Shown: positions 32,401 to 41,733 of the stretch, piece after piece | How the letters are laid out: each line of letters opens with the position of its first letter | Numbering within the stretch: position 1 is the first letter of the stretch | NCBI GenBank assembly: GCA_044229975.1 | Contig: JBGARZ010000021.1 | Location: 1 to 64,000 of the forward strand | Reading direction: 5' to 3' | Source of the DNA: Polyangiales bacterium | GTDB taxonomy: Bacteria > Myxococcota_A > Polyangia > Polyangiales > Ga0077539 | Length of the DNA: 64,000 nt | Notes under the pieces: generated by a model | What the model was told of the DNA's origin: nothing | Seen by the model: only the letters and a program-made list of their open reading frames with translations | Databases searched by the model: none | Made by a program: the position numbers and the translations under genes

Positions 32401-33200
32401 TCCGCGTGCAGACCGAGGCGGGTGAGCGCTGGGTGACCGCCGCCGACGCCAACTCGCCGACGCTGTACATCCCGCCCGCGACCGCGGGGGGCGAGGCGCT
32501 GGTGCTCGCCGCCGGGGCGCCGCGATCGCGCGTCAACGACCTCGACATCAACGCGCACGGTCGGCAGCTCACCGTGAACCTCGCGCTCTCGGCCGACGGG
32601 TCGGGTCGCGCGACGGTGCTCGAACGCCTGCGCGGCTACGCGGCGACGGGCGCGCGCGCGGCGATGCGTCGGCTCGACGCGGCCAACCGCGATCGGCAGT
32701 TCGAGGCATACGTCGGGGCGATGGTGAGCGGCGCGACGCTGGAGTCGCTCGTCGTCGAAGGGACCCAGGACGTCGAGGCCGACATGGTGTTCCGGTACAC
32801 CTTCCGCGCGGCGGGGCTCGCTCGCCTCGACGGCGACCGGCTGCGCTTCGACGGGATGTTTCGCGCCGAGGCCGGCCGCGCCTACGCCGAACTCCCCGCC
32901 CGCCGGTTTCCCCAGTGGAACGGCGACCCCGTCAACGCGTCGCTCTCGCTCACCGTCGCGCTGCCCGCGGGCGCCACGCTGGGCTCGCTCCCCACCGACG
33001 CGAGCGACGAGTCCGCGGGTGGTGTTCGCTGGTCGCTCCAGTGGCGCGCTGTCCCGACGGGCTTCTCCGTCGAGCGTCGCGTGACCGTCCCCACCGGGCG
33101 CGTGAGCCCCGCCGACTACCCCGCCTTCGCCACCTCGTTGCGCGCGCTCGACACCGCGGACACCCGCGAGGTCGCCATCACCGTGCGCCCCGCCCGCTGA
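29412..33200 (+). CDS. Lipoprotein paralogue with TPR + DUF3857 + degenerate transglutaminase domain
   Basis: Lipobox LSAC, WTVAGPF, TPRs and LPDLRPGDAME; catalytic motifs absent. ATGA overlap with the upstream gene. Confidence 0.8.
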   Translation: MKRSMKVRAGLSLALVLSACSHRATTATAPSLATLRRRAASAAPDSPAAIDAALAELVAPGGTLATATTQIDALARSRPGDPRVRFAEGLIASQHGDFERALVAWCATVEAARHSDDPMAPTIAEAVVPKLVSLRGDVRDFATPFRTVVDAVAADPGRMGAAAATELLETAVRWARESGDREAATRWITASGCVTGWTVAGPFGPLPMLRFDETLGPDGTGPLQAAYDLGSGRGLQPTYPVRARGCATNLGRGITLTGVLFASTDFTLPREQSVSVRVESPNLFAVLVDGVAVTGIDPRRSAVGAVAEARIHLSAGAHTLRVKVASTYHSPLVIATVTDLTGRPVATFSAPQRSAAPVPPRVLPVAVSPADDAFLPTSSLGVFDRYVLAELAFSRRHPIAARELLRGLTGETATPTTLIAWGSVAQADPFVPPAQSRDRARDAFERAGRGDAQAYFPALALARMAAEDERGDEALTQSRAAARRFPDNPEVLSDLATRLMDRSWDGEARAVVERVRQQLPQACWSARMMLSLAQRHGDGAAEAALADDIRRCDALSDSPASVALRMRRFDVAGREYARLLEDDPEGRGLRRAQVELLRASGRRDEARAAARELLAQMPEDDALRADLADMDVAAGLTGEARATLDRELATRPAELASLYRMRAFLAGREDLQPWRLDGRRVLRDFEASGHTYESAAVLVLDYTVRRAYPDGSALELTHNVVRVQTQEGADAFGEFQLPDGATLWRIRTLKADGRVLEPEEIAGKDSLSLPDLRPGDAMEFEYVRVLPPSDAAPGGFSSERFYFRGFEVPYDRTEYVSVVPREMDLVIDPRGPAPATERNERGGLIEYRWMLRQSDRMTPEPRSVMAREFIPSVATGFGATWERLVDALRSRLVEQDPADPEALALARQITRAARTPTERLRALHHWVLDNIQQEGAGTPFELAPRMLAARAGHRTRVLCYLLKQVDVPCELSLVRQGSADSTRSQLADDETYQSLLLRVQTEAGERWVTAADANSPTLYIPPATAGGEALVLAAGAPRSRVNDLDINAHGRQLTVNLALSADGSGRATVLERLRGYAATGARAAMRRLDAANRDRQFEAYVGAMVSGATLESLVVEGTQDVEADMVFRYTFRAAGLARLDGDRLRFDGMFRAEAGRAYAELPARRFPQWNGDPVNASLSLTVALPAGATLGSLPTDASDESAGGVRWSLQWRAVPTGFSVERRVTVPTGRVSPADYPAFATSLRALDTADTREVAITVRPAR

Positions 33201-33203
33201 TAT

Positions 33204-34235
33204 CTACGGATCGCCCGTCACATCGACCGCGGCGAAGGGCTCGTGCTCGATGAGCTGCACCGCGCGGAAGCGGTAGAGCGTCACGTCGGGTCGCAGGTAC
33301 CCCGGCGCGGCGATGCCTCGCTGGTGCGCGAGGTCGCTCAGCGCCGCCACCGGGTCGACCGCGGGTGTGCCCGGAGCGCCCGGGAGCACGTACTCCCAGT
33401 TGACCGAGCGCTCATATCCGACCGACCAGCCAGCGCCCGCCGCGCGCCGCAAGAACTCTGGCGACCGCGCCCCCAGCACGCCCTTGTCGTGGAAGATCAC
33501 GACGCTGATGCGCCGCGTGAGGAGCGCGTTGTGCAGGGTGCCGACGCGGTCCTGCGTGGGCGTGCTCCAGTGGTTCATGAGCGAGAAGGTCGCGTCGAGC
33601 AGGGCGCGGGCGATCGATCCGCCGCGGGCCGAGCGCCAGATGAGGGGCGTGCCGTCGAGGTTGCGGACGACGATGCCGACCTCGACCGGGTGGGCGCGGC
33701 GCAGGGCCTCGGGGAAGATGCGCTCCGACGGGGCGGCGGCGCCCGTCAGCACGAGGCGCGCGACGGAGACGAGGCGACGGGCGTCTTCGGCGCCGATGGC
33801 CACGGGCTCGTCGCGCTCGTAGAGGGCGGTGCTGTCGTCCATGAAGACGGCGGTGAGGCCGCTCACGGGGCGCAGCGTCGCGAGGCGCGCGGCGACGCTC
33901 CCCGCGGGGGCGCGGACGACGCCGTCAGTACGGACGAGCAGACCGTCGAGGTGGGCGGCGGACATCGCGGCGCCCACGGCATTGCCGTCGATGCCATCGA
34001 GCGCGGCGCCGAGCCCCGCGACGCGGCGGGCGTCGGTGATGGCGGTCTCCAACGAGGGCATCCCGATGGGGACGCCACCGAGCACGGCGACGGTGCCGCG
34101 GTCACGGAGCTGGTCGGCGAGGCGGTCGTAGCGGGCCGACCAGGGCGCGCGGACGAGGCCGGTACGCCAGGCGGCGCCGAGGGCCACGAGCAACAGCGAC
34201 GCGACGAGGGCGACGATCCAGAGGGCCTTACGCAT
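33204..34235 (-). CDS. Hypothetical membrane-anchored/exported protein
   Basis: N-terminal hydrophobic segment; ORF fills the interval between convergent and divergent neighbours. Confidence 0.7.
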   Translation of the reverse strand: MRKALWIVALVASLLLVALGAAWRTGLVRAPWSARYDRLADQLRDRGTVAVLGGVPIGMPSLETAITDARRVAGLGAALDGIDGNAVGAAMSAAHLDGLLVRTDGVVRAPAGSVAARLATLRPVSGLTAVFMDDSTALYERDEPVAIGAEDARRLVSVARLVLTGAAAPSERIFPEALRRAHPVEVGIVVRNLDGTPLIWRSARGGSIARALLDATFSLMNHWSTPTQDRVGTLHNALLTRRISVVIFHDKGVLGARSPEFLRRAAGAGWSVGYERSVNWEYVLPGAPGTPAVDPVAALSDLAHQRGIAAPGYLRPDVTLYRFRAVQLIEHEPFAAVDVTGDP

Positions 34236-34375
34236 GAGCGGCGGACCTATACCGCCAAGCGCGGCGCTTCACTACCCGTCGGCGGTTGCACGCGACGGGG
34301 AGGCGGGTGGTGTATCTTCCGCGCCCGCTATCGAAGCCGAAGCGTGAAGAGACATCCTGTGAAGGGAGCTGCGAC

Positions 34376-35491
34376 GTGATCATTGGCGTTCCGAAGGAGA
34401 TCAAGACCCGCGAGTACCGTATCGGCATGACGCCCGCGGGCGTCCGCCAGCTGGTGACGCAGGGGCACACGGTGCTCGTCGAGACCCGCGCGGGCGAAGG
34501 CTCGGGGCTGCGCGACGAGCAGTTCGTCCAGGCGGGCGCCACCATCGCCCAGTCCGCGAGCGAGGTGTGGAACCGCTCCGACATGGTCATGAAGGTCAAG
34601 GAGCCGCTGCCCGCGGAGTTCGAGTACTTCCGCCCGGGGCTCGTGATCTACACGTACCTCCACCTCGCGGCCGAGCCGGTGCTCACGCGCAAGCTGCTGG
34701 AGAAGAAGGTGCGCGCGGTGGCCTACGAGACCATCCAGCTCCCCGACGGGTCGCTCCCGCTCCTGCGTCCGATGAGCGAGGTCGCTGGTCGCATGGCCGT
34801 GCAGGCGGGCGCTACGTCGCTGGAGAAGTGGCGCGGCGGGAAGGGCGTGCTGCTCGGCGGCGTGCCCGGTACGCGGCGCGGTCGCGTGGCCATCCTCGGC
34901 GGCGGCGTCGTGGGTCGCAACGCGGCGAAGATCGCCATCGGCATGGGCGCGCAGGTCACCGTGCTCGACGTGAAGCCCGAGACCATGGACTACCTCGAAG
35001 ACATCTTCGGCGGATCCATCGAGACGCTCTACTCCAACCCGGCCAACCTCGAAGAAGCCGTCACCCGCGCCGACCTCGTCATCGGCGCCGTGCTCGTGCC
35101 GGGCGCCGTCGCGCCGCGCCTCGTCGACCGCGCGCTCGTCTCCAAGATGGAGAAGGGCTCGGTCATCGTCGACGTCGCCGTCGACCAGGGCGGCTGCATC
35201 GAGACCGTGCGCCCCACGAGCCACGACAACCCGACCTACGAGGTCGACGGCGTCATCCACTACTGCGTGCCCAACATGCCGGGCGCGGTCGCGCACACGT
35301 CTACCTTCGCGCTGACCAACACCACCATCCGCTACGCCATCGCCATCGCCAACCACGGCATCGTCGGCGCCGCGCGGCGCGACCCGGTGCTCGCGCTCGG
35401 CATCAACTGCTTCGACGGCGCGTGCACCTACGAGGCCGTGGCGAGCGCCCACTCGCTCGAACACACCGCCCTCGCGACCGCGCTCGGCTGA
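34376..35491 (+). CDS. ald: Alanine dehydrogenase
   Basis: [49 protein letters not shown] and [14 protein letters not shown] start after GAAGGGAG. Confidence 0.97.
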   Translation: MIIGVPKEIKTREYRIGMTPAGVRQLVTQGHTVLVETRAGEGSGLRDEQFVQAGATIAQSASEVWNRSDMVMKVKEPLPAEFEYFRPGLVIYTYLHLAAEPVLTRKLLEKKVRAVAYETIQLPDGSLPLLRPMSEVAGRMAVQAGATSLEKWRGGKGVLLGGVPGTRRGRVAILGGGVVGRNAAKIAIGMGAQVTVLDVKPETMDYLEDIFGGSIETLYSNPANLEEAVTRADLVIGAVLVPGAVAPRLVDRALVSKMEKGSVIVDVAVDQGGCIETVRPTSHDNPTYEVDGVIHYCVPNMPGAVAHTSTFALTNTTIRYAIAIANHGIVGAARRDPVLALGINCFDGACTYEAVASAHSLEHTALATALG

Positions 35492-35516
35492 CCCTTCTCG
35501 TCGGAGACACTTCCCC

Positions 35517-36806
35517 ATGAACTTCATCGAAGAGCTGCGCGCTCGCGGCCTCGTGCACGCCGTCTCCGAGGAGGCCGCGCTCGCCGAGGCCCTCGCGGCG
35601 GGCCCCGTCACCGGATACATCGGCTTCGACCCCACGGCTGCGAGCCTGCATGTGGGGCATCTGCTCCAGATCCTGACGCTGGTGCGGCTCCAGCGCGCCG
35701 GGCACCGGCCCATCGCGATCGCGGGCGGCGGAACAGGCCTCATCGGTGACCCGAGCGGCAAGGCGAGCGAGCGCAGCATGCTCACCACGGAGAAGCTCGC
35801 GGAGAACCTCGCGGGCATCCGCGCGCAGCTCGCCCGTCACCTCGACTTCAACGACAGCCCCACCGGCGCGGTGATGGTCGACAACGCCGAGTGGCTCGGC
35901 AAGATCGGTCTGCTGGAGTTCTTGCGCGACGTCGGCAAGCACTTCTCGGTCAACGCGATGGTGCAGCGCGACTCGGTGCGCACCCGCCTGGAGCAGCGCG
36001 AGCAGGGCATCTCGTACACGGAGTTCAGCTACATGCTGCTCCAGGCGTACGACTTCCTCGCGCTGTACGACCGCTTCGGCTGCACGCTCCAGCTCGGTGG
36101 CAGCGACCAGTGGGGCAACATCCTCTCCGGGGTCGACCTCGTGCGCCGCCTCCGCAACGGCAGCGCGTACGGCGTCACCACGCCGCTGCTCACGCGCAGC
36201 GACGGGAAGAAGTTCGGCAAGAGCGAGGAGGGCAACGTGTGGCTCGACCCCGCGCTCACGTCGCCGTACGAGTTCTACCAATTCTGGCTCAACGCCGCGG
36301 ACGCCGACGTCGAGAAGTACCTCCTCGCCCTCACGCTCGAACCCGTCGACGCCATCAAGGCGTGCCTCGCGGAGCACCTCGCCGCGCCGCAGAAGCGGCT
36401 CGCGCAGGAGATGCTCGCCGCGTCCGTCACCCGCTTCGTCCACGGGGGCGAAGCGCTCGCCAACGCGCAGCGCACCACCGAGGTGCTCTTCAAGGGTGGC
36501 GACCTGCGCGAGCTCGCGGCGGTCGATCTGGCGGCGGCCTTCAAGGGCGCGCCGAGCCACGAGGTCGCCCGCTCGCTCCTCGGAACGCCCGACGCAGGCT
36601 TCGTGAAGGTGCTGGCCGACGCGGGGCTCTTCAAGTCGCGCGGCGAGGCGCGCAGCTTCGTCGGACAGGGCGGTGCGTCGATCAACGGCGTGGCCGTCTC
36701 CGACGTGCAGCGGGTGCTCGTCGCCGACGATCTCCTGCCTGGTGGTTTCATTGCGCTCCGCAAGGGTCGCAAGAGCTGGCACCTGGTGCGGGTCATCGAG
36801 GGCTGA
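35517..36806 (+). CDS. tyrS: Tyrosine--tRNA ligase
   Basis: [37 protein letters not shown] and a C-terminal S4 domain. Confidence 0.98.
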   Translation: MNFIEELRARGLVHAVSEEAALAEALAAGPVTGYIGFDPTAASLHVGHLLQILTLVRLQRAGHRPIAIAGGGTGLIGDPSGKASERSMLTTEKLAENLAGIRAQLARHLDFNDSPTGAVMVDNAEWLGKIGLLEFLRDVGKHFSVNAMVQRDSVRTRLEQREQGISYTEFSYMLLQAYDFLALYDRFGCTLQLGGSDQWGNILSGVDLVRRLRNGSAYGVTTPLLTRSDGKKFGKSEEGNVWLDPALTSPYEFYQFWLNAADADVEKYLLALTLEPVDAIKACLAEHLAAPQKRLAQEMLAASVTRFVHGGEALANAQRTTEVLFKGGDLRELAAVDLAAAFKGAPSHEVARSLLGTPDAGFVKVLADAGLFKSRGEARSFVGQGGASINGVAVSDVQRVLVADDLLPGGFIALRKGRKSWHLVRVIEG

Positions 36807-36841
36807 TGCATCGTTGCCGCGGCCTGGGATAGAGTCGCCGC

Positions 36842-39490
36842 GTGTGGACGCGTGTTGGACTCGGGTCGCGCCTCGGTGCGCTGGTGATGGTCGCGGGCTC
36901 GTGGGGATGTTCGTTTCCCACGAGTGAGTTTCAGATCAGGGAGGCGCGGCCCGACACGGGCGCGGTCGACACCGGGACCGACGTCGCGGTCGCGACCGAC
37001 GTGCCCACCATCGACACCCCGACCCTTGATACTCCCGGCACCGATGTCGTCGCGGCCGACAGCGTCGACGCCGGGTCACCCACCGACGTCAGCCTGAGCT
37101 GTAGCGCCGATGTGCCGTGCGCCGCGGGGGCGGCGTGCTGTGGCGGGACCTGCGTGCAGGTGCAGACCGACGCCCGCAACTGCGGCGCGTGCGGAACCGT
37201 CTGCGCCACGGGCCAGACCTGCTGCGGCGGCGCGTGCACCGAGATCGCGACCGACGCCCGCAACTGCGGCGCCTGCGGGAGCGTCTGTGACTTCGCCAAC
37301 GGCACGGCGCGGTGTGCCGCGGGCGTGTGCGCGGGCGGAACCTGCGCGGCCGGCTTCGGCGACTGCGACCTCATGGCGAGCAACGGCTGCGAGGCGAACC
37401 TCGCCGAGTCGCCGCAGCACTGCTCGATGTGCGGCCGCGCTTGTATGGCTGGGGCCAACGCCACGTCGCGCTGCGAGAGCATGGCCTGCGTGACGACGTG
37501 CGAGCCCGGCTACGACAACTGCAACGGCAGCGCGGCGGATGGGTGCGAGGCGCAGCTCTCGACGTCCAACGCCCACTGCGGGATGTGCGGTCGCACGTGC
37601 ACGGCGGGGCCCAACGCGGTGGCGGCCTGCTCCAGCGGAGCTTGCACGATCACCTGCGCCATGGGCTTCGCGGACTGCGACGGCAGCCCGGCCAACGGGT
37701 GCGAGGTGAACACCGTCACGTCGCCTGCCAACTGCGGCGCGTGCGGGCGGGTCTGCTCTTTGCCCAATGTGTCCACGGCGACCTGCGGGTCGTCGATGTG
37801 CGCGGTCGTGTCCGGGACCTCGGCTTGCTCTGCGGGCTACGGCAACTGCGACAGCGACATCGCCAACGGGTGCGAGGCCAACGTTCGGCTCGACTCCCGC
37901 AACTGCGGCGCGTGCGGCACGGTGTGCGCCGCGGGGAGCGTGTGCAGCAACGGGACGTGCCAGTCGACGTGTGCGACGGGCACCACGCTCTGCGCGGGGG
38001 CGTGTGTCGATGTGACGTCCAACGCGGCGCACTGCGGGACGTGCGGGCGGGTGTGCTCGCTCCCCAACGCGACGGCGGGCTGCGCGTCGGCGGCGTGTAC
38101 GGTGACGGCGTGCGCGGCGGGCTTTGGCAACTGCGACGCGGTGGCGGCCAACGGGTGCGAGGTCAACACCAACACCGACCCGCGCAACTGCGGCGCGTGC
38201 GGCGAGGTCTGCAACTCCACCAACGGCACGTCGACCTGCGCGGCGGGTCGGTGCAGCATCGCGTGCACGGCGGGCTTCGCGGACTGCAACCGCGACCCCG
38301 ACGACGGGTGCGAGACCAACACGCGCACGAGCGTGGCCAACTGCGGCGCGTGCGGGACGACGTGCAGCACCCCCAACGCGACGCCCGTGTGTACGAGCGG
38401 GGCCTGCGCGGTCGGTACCTGCGCGCGCGACCGCGCCGACTGCGATCGGGCGGTGGCGAACGGGTGCGAGGTCGACACGTCGAGCGACGCGCTCAACTGC
38501 GGCGCGTGCGGGACGATTTGCCGCTCGGGCACCGTGTGCTCGGACGGGCTGTGCCAGGTGGCGTGCAGCGGCCGGCTGACGGCGTGCGGCGGTCGTTGCG
38601 TCGACCTCAACTCGGACGAGGCCAACTGCGGCTCGTGCGGTCGTCGGTGCTCCACGTTGCTCACGTGCCGACTCGGGGCGTGCGTCTTCCCGCCGCCGGT
38701 CAACGACCTGTGCAGCGCGGCGACGGAGCTCAACCTGGCGGCGGGGTCGCGCATCGCGGTGACCGGAACGCTGGTGGGAGCCTCGCGCGAGGTGACGCCT
38801 TCGTGTGGCGCGCTGGGGACGGCGGATGTGTTCTATCGGCTGACGCTGACGCGGCGCGAGATCGTGTACGCCGACACCTTCGGGTCGACCGTGGACACCA
38901 AGCTGTTCTTCATGAACTCGTGCACGGCGACGACGGCCACGCAGACCACGGGCGACTCGGTGTGCGACGACGATCGCGGGCTTACCTGCACGGGCGGGAC
39001 GACCGGGGCGCAGGTGTTCACGGTGCTCAACGCCGGGACGTACTACCTCGCGGTGGGCTTGCAGACCGGGGCGACGGGGTCGTTCTCGTTGCAGCTCGAA
39101 CATCTCCCGGTGGGGAGCGGTCGGGTCGCTCCGCTCGCGCGGGGCTCGAGCACGCTGATCGGGACGACGTCGGGCACGAGCGGATACAGCGGGAGCTGCG
39201 GTGGAACGGGTCCCGAGGCGACGTTCTGGTGGGCGTCGTGCCCGGAGACGGTGGCGGGGACCTTCACGGCGGCGACGTGCCTGGGGACGACGTTTGACCC
39301 GGTGCTCAACCTCCTCAACGGGACCGGCACGGGGCAGACGTGCAGCACGACGCCGATCGGCGGGAGCTGCTCGACCAACAGCGCGGCCATCACGCCGTCG
39401 GTCGCTGGCGGTGCGGGCATCCACGCGCTCATCGTGGACGGCTTTGGCGGCGGTCTCGGCAACTACTCGGTCAATGTGACGCGACCGTGA
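36842..39490 (+). CDS. Cys-rich repeat surface lipoprotein with C-terminal beta-sandwich (PPC-like) domains
   Basis: Lipobox-like SWGC, D/T-rich linker, 11 (N/H)CxxCGxxC repeats interleaved with GxxDCxxxxxNGCE units, then PVNDLC..DVFY..DTFGSTVDT..AGTYYLAV. Confidence 0.85.
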   Translation: MWTRVGLGSRLGALVMVAGSWGCSFPTSEFQIREARPDTGAVDTGTDVAVATDVPTIDTPTLDTPGTDVVAADSVDAGSPTDVSLSCSADVPCAAGAACCGGTCVQVQTDARNCGACGTVCATGQTCCGGACTEIATDARNCGACGSVCDFANGTARCAAGVCAGGTCAAGFGDCDLMASNGCEANLAESPQHCSMCGRACMAGANATSRCESMACVTTCEPGYDNCNGSAADGCEAQLSTSNAHCGMCGRTCTAGPNAVAACSSGACTITCAMGFADCDGSPANGCEVNTVTSPANCGACGRVCSLPNVSTATCGSSMCAVVSGTSACSAGYGNCDSDIANGCEANVRLDSRNCGACGTVCAAGSVCSNGTCQSTCATGTTLCAGACVDVTSNAAHCGTCGRVCSLPNATAGCASAACTVTACAAGFGNCDAVAANGCEVNTNTDPRNCGACGEVCNSTNGTSTCAAGRCSIACTAGFADCNRDPDDGCETNTRTSVANCGACGTTCSTPNATPVCTSGACAVGTCARDRADCDRAVANGCEVDTSSDALNCGACGTICRSGTVCSDGLCQVACSGRLTACGGRCVDLNSDEANCGSCGRRCSTLLTCRLGACVFPPPVNDLCSAATELNLAAGSRIAVTGTLVGASREVTPSCGALGTADVFYRLTLTRREIVYADTFGSTVDTKLFFMNSCTATTATQTTGDSVCDDDRGLTCTGGTTGAQVFTVLNAGTYYLAVGLQTGATGSFSLQLEHLPVGSGRVAPLARGSSTLIGTTSGTSGYSGSCGGTGPEATFWWASCPETVAGTFTAATCLGTTFDPVLNLLNGTGTGQTCSTTPIGGSCSTNSAAITPSVAGGAGIHALIVDGFGGGLGNYSVNVTRP
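37165..38645 (+). repeat. Intragenic Cys-rich tandem repeats
   Basis: Recurring aactgcggcgcgtgcgg motif; exact 24-bp repeat gaccgacgcccgcaactgcggcgc at 37165 and 37249. Confidence 0.8.
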
Positions 39491-39544
39491 GCGGCGGGGT
39501 GACGGCGAGGCGCTGACCAATCCGTGGCGCGCCCGAGAGTCACG

Positions 39545-39574
39545 TTGACGGCGTCTCGCGAGGGACGATAGCGT
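39545..39574 (+). promoter_or_regulatory. Putative sigma70-type promoter for the lipoprotein-collagen operon
   Basis: TTGACG-18 nt-TAGCGT, ending 8 nt before ATG 39583. Confidence 0.45.
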
Positions 39575-39576
39575 CG

Positions 39577-40062
39577 ATGGGGATGGCACATCGGCGTGGG
39601 TATGGGTCGGGTGTTGCCACGTTCGCGTTGCTGCTGGCGGGGCTCTCGCTGGGCGCCGGGTGTGGCAACTCGGGCACCGCGACGGGCGACGACGGCGGGC
39701 TCGGGGGTGACCTGGGCGCGGTCGACGGCGAGGTGGTCGACACGGGCGTGACGGTCGACGCCGGGCCCATCGATGCGGGCGTGGTCACCGACAACGGGAT
39801 GACCAACGACGCGGGTGGGGGGACGGACGTGGTCGCGGTCGACGCGTCGGACGGTGGCGGCACCGACGGCGGAGGCGGTGATGGAGGCGTGACACGGCGC
39901 GGGCGCGCGGGCGCGTCGCTGGTGTCGGCGGGGTCGCTGATGCAGTCGGCGCGGTTCCAGATGATTTCGACGCTCGGCGGACGGAGCGTTCAGCAGACGT
40001 TTTTGCAATCGCCCAACTACCGGCTGCGCGGCGGCCTGGTGGGCACGATCGGAGCGCGGTGA
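39577..40062 (+). CDS. Small lipoprotein with D/G-rich linker and a C-terminal beta-rich motif
   Basis: Lipobox LGAGC; C-terminus ASLVSAGSLMQSARFQMISTLG..QSPNYRLRGGLVG. GTGA overlap with the next gene. Confidence 0.75.
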   Translation: MGMAHRRGYGSGVATFALLLAGLSLGAGCGNSGTATGDDGGLGGDLGAVDGEVVDTGVTVDAGPIDAGVVTDNGMTNDAGGGTDVVAVDASDGGGTDGGGGDGGVTRRGRAGASLVSAGSLMQSARFQMISTLGGRSVQQTFLQSPNYRLRGGLVGTIGAR

Positions 40063-41654
40063 CGATGAGGACTTCGATGAACGGTGGAATCGCGGCGCGG
40101 GCGTGGCGCGGGGTGATCGGGGCGGCGGTGCTGGCGGCGCTGTGCGCGGTGCCGTCGATGGCGTCGGCGCAGGTGCCGACGACGATGATCCACCAGGGTC
40201 GGCTCCTTGACCGGGCGGGCGCTGGGGTGACCGGGTCGCAGTCGCTGGTCTATCGCATCTACGACAGCGCGACGGGGGGCACGCCCATCTGGACCGAGAC
40301 GCTGACGGTGACCCTGGATGACGGGTACTTCTCGACGCAGCTCGGGTCGACGACGCCGCTGACGCCGGCGGTGTTTGCGGGTCGCACGCGCTTCCTCGGG
40401 GTGACGGTGGGCACCGACCCGGAGATGACGCCGCGGGAGCCGATGGGGAGCGTTCCGTATGCGCTGGTGGCGGGCAACGTCACCGGGGACATCACGCCGA
40501 CGAGCATCACGGTGGGGGGGACGCAGATCGTCGACTCGATGGGCCGCTGGGTGGGCGCATCGAGCGGGCCATCGGGCCCGGCGGGTCCTGCGGGGCCGAT
40601 GGGTCCGGCGGGACCAACGGGGCCGGCGGGGCCGGCGGGAGCGACTGGACCAGCGGGGCCTGCCGGACCGGCGGGGCCTGCCGGGCCGTCGGCGGTAAAC
40701 ATCGGCTGTGAACGGGGGCTGATGCTGGGTGGCGTGTGCGTGGTCGGCATCGACAACAGCGGGCCAGGCTCTGATTGGAACCTGGCGGCGAGCACCTGCG
40801 CGGGCCTGGGCGGGGATTTGTGTAGCCCCATGCAATATGCCGTGATCCGCGACGACCAAAACGGCACGGGTCGGTACATGTTCTATACGGGCACACTGCG
40901 CCGTGCGGTTTGGTCGTCTAGCTTCTCGGACAATGACGGCGGTCGACTCTCCAGCTACCTCCAAAGCGCGGATGATCCGGTGCTCAGCAATGGGTATGGC
41001 TACGCGTGCTGCGCCAACATCACTCCCCCCGAGTTCCGCGGTCGAGCTGAGTTGGTGCGGGCCATGGGCTCACCGGACATGGGCGTCCAGGTGACCTACC
41101 TCAACAATCGAGAGGAGAGTTCTGCGCTGCTCGCAACCAACATTTGTGCGTCACTAAGGAGTGACCTCTGCTCCAAGGCACAGTACGTCACCTTGAATGA
41201 CGCTGGCCGTTTCTCGGGTGCAACGCGACGGTTGACGCGGGAGATGTCGGACAACGATAGTGGTACCTTCAACGCGATTGTCGGTTCAAACACCGCTGAC
41301 GATCCGGTCTGGAATAACGCGTGGGCATTTGCTTGCTGTGCTTCGCAGCGGCCGGTCGACAACACGTGCCCCTCCCCGGGCACGGTGGTCAACAACGTCT
41401 GCGTCTTGGATGTACACACGACCGAGGACAGTAGCTTCCTTGATGCCGCTCGAGCTTGCGCGCGCATGGGAGCCGACGTCTGCACAAACAGCCAGATGCA
41501 GAACATCCGCAACGCCGGCCGCCTGCCGGGGATCCGAGCTTGGACCAACAGTGGGGCCGACAACGACGTCCTCCGAGTAGGCGGTTTGCTTCCCAGCATG
41601 CCAGACAACCCGAACCCGCTGACCGACCGGTTCGGCTACGCCTGCTGCCTCTGA
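40059..41654 (+). CDS. Secreted collagen-like protein with three tandem C-type-lectin-like repeats
   Basis: Signal peptide ending ASA-Q, N-domain VPTTMIHQGRL..YRIYD..IWTE..SVPYAL, (Gly-X-Y)14, then three approximately 105-aa repeats each ending (Y/F)ACC. Confidence 0.8.
   Translation: MTMRTSMNGGIAARAWRGVIGAAVLAALCAVPSMASAQVPTTMIHQGRLLDRAGAGVTGSQSLVYRIYDSATGGTPIWTETLTVTLDDGYFSTQLGSTTPLTPAVFAGRTRFLGVTVGTDPEMTPREPMGSVPYALVAGNVTGDITPTSITVGGTQIVDSMGRWVGASSGPSGPAGPAGPMGPAGPTGPAGPAGATGPAGPAGPAGPAGPSAVNIGCERGLMLGGVCVVGIDNSGPGSDWNLAASTCAGLGGDLCSPMQYAVIRDDQNGTGRYMFYTGTLRRAVWSSSFSDNDGGRLSSYLQSADDPVLSNGYGYACCANITPPEFRGRAELVRAMGSPDMGVQVTYLNNREESSALLATNICASLRSDLCSKAQYVTLNDAGRFSGATRRLTREMSDNDSGTFNAIVGSNTADDPVWNNAWAFACCASQRPVDNTCPSPGTVVNNVCVLDVHTTEDSSFLDAARACARMGADVCTNSQMQNIRNAGRLPGIRAWTNSGADNDVLRVGGLLPSMPDNPNPLTDRFGYACCL
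40566..40691 (+). repeat. Collagen (Gly-Pro-X)-rich repeat, 14 triplets
   Basis: GPSGPAGPAGPMGPAGPTGPAGPAGATGPAGPAGPAGPAGPS; 9-bp periodic DNA. Confidence 0.9.
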
Positions 41655-41733
41655 TTCGTCGTCCACTTCGCTGCCAAATCCCCACAGTTCGCTCGACACG
41701 CCGCGGCGCGACTAATGCGTTGAAGGAGGAGCT

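Noticed and set aside
37165..38645. Regularly recurring short repeats resembling a CRISPR array
   Set aside because: They are in-frame codons for NCGACG protein repeats, with variable spacing and third-position changes; no cas genes.
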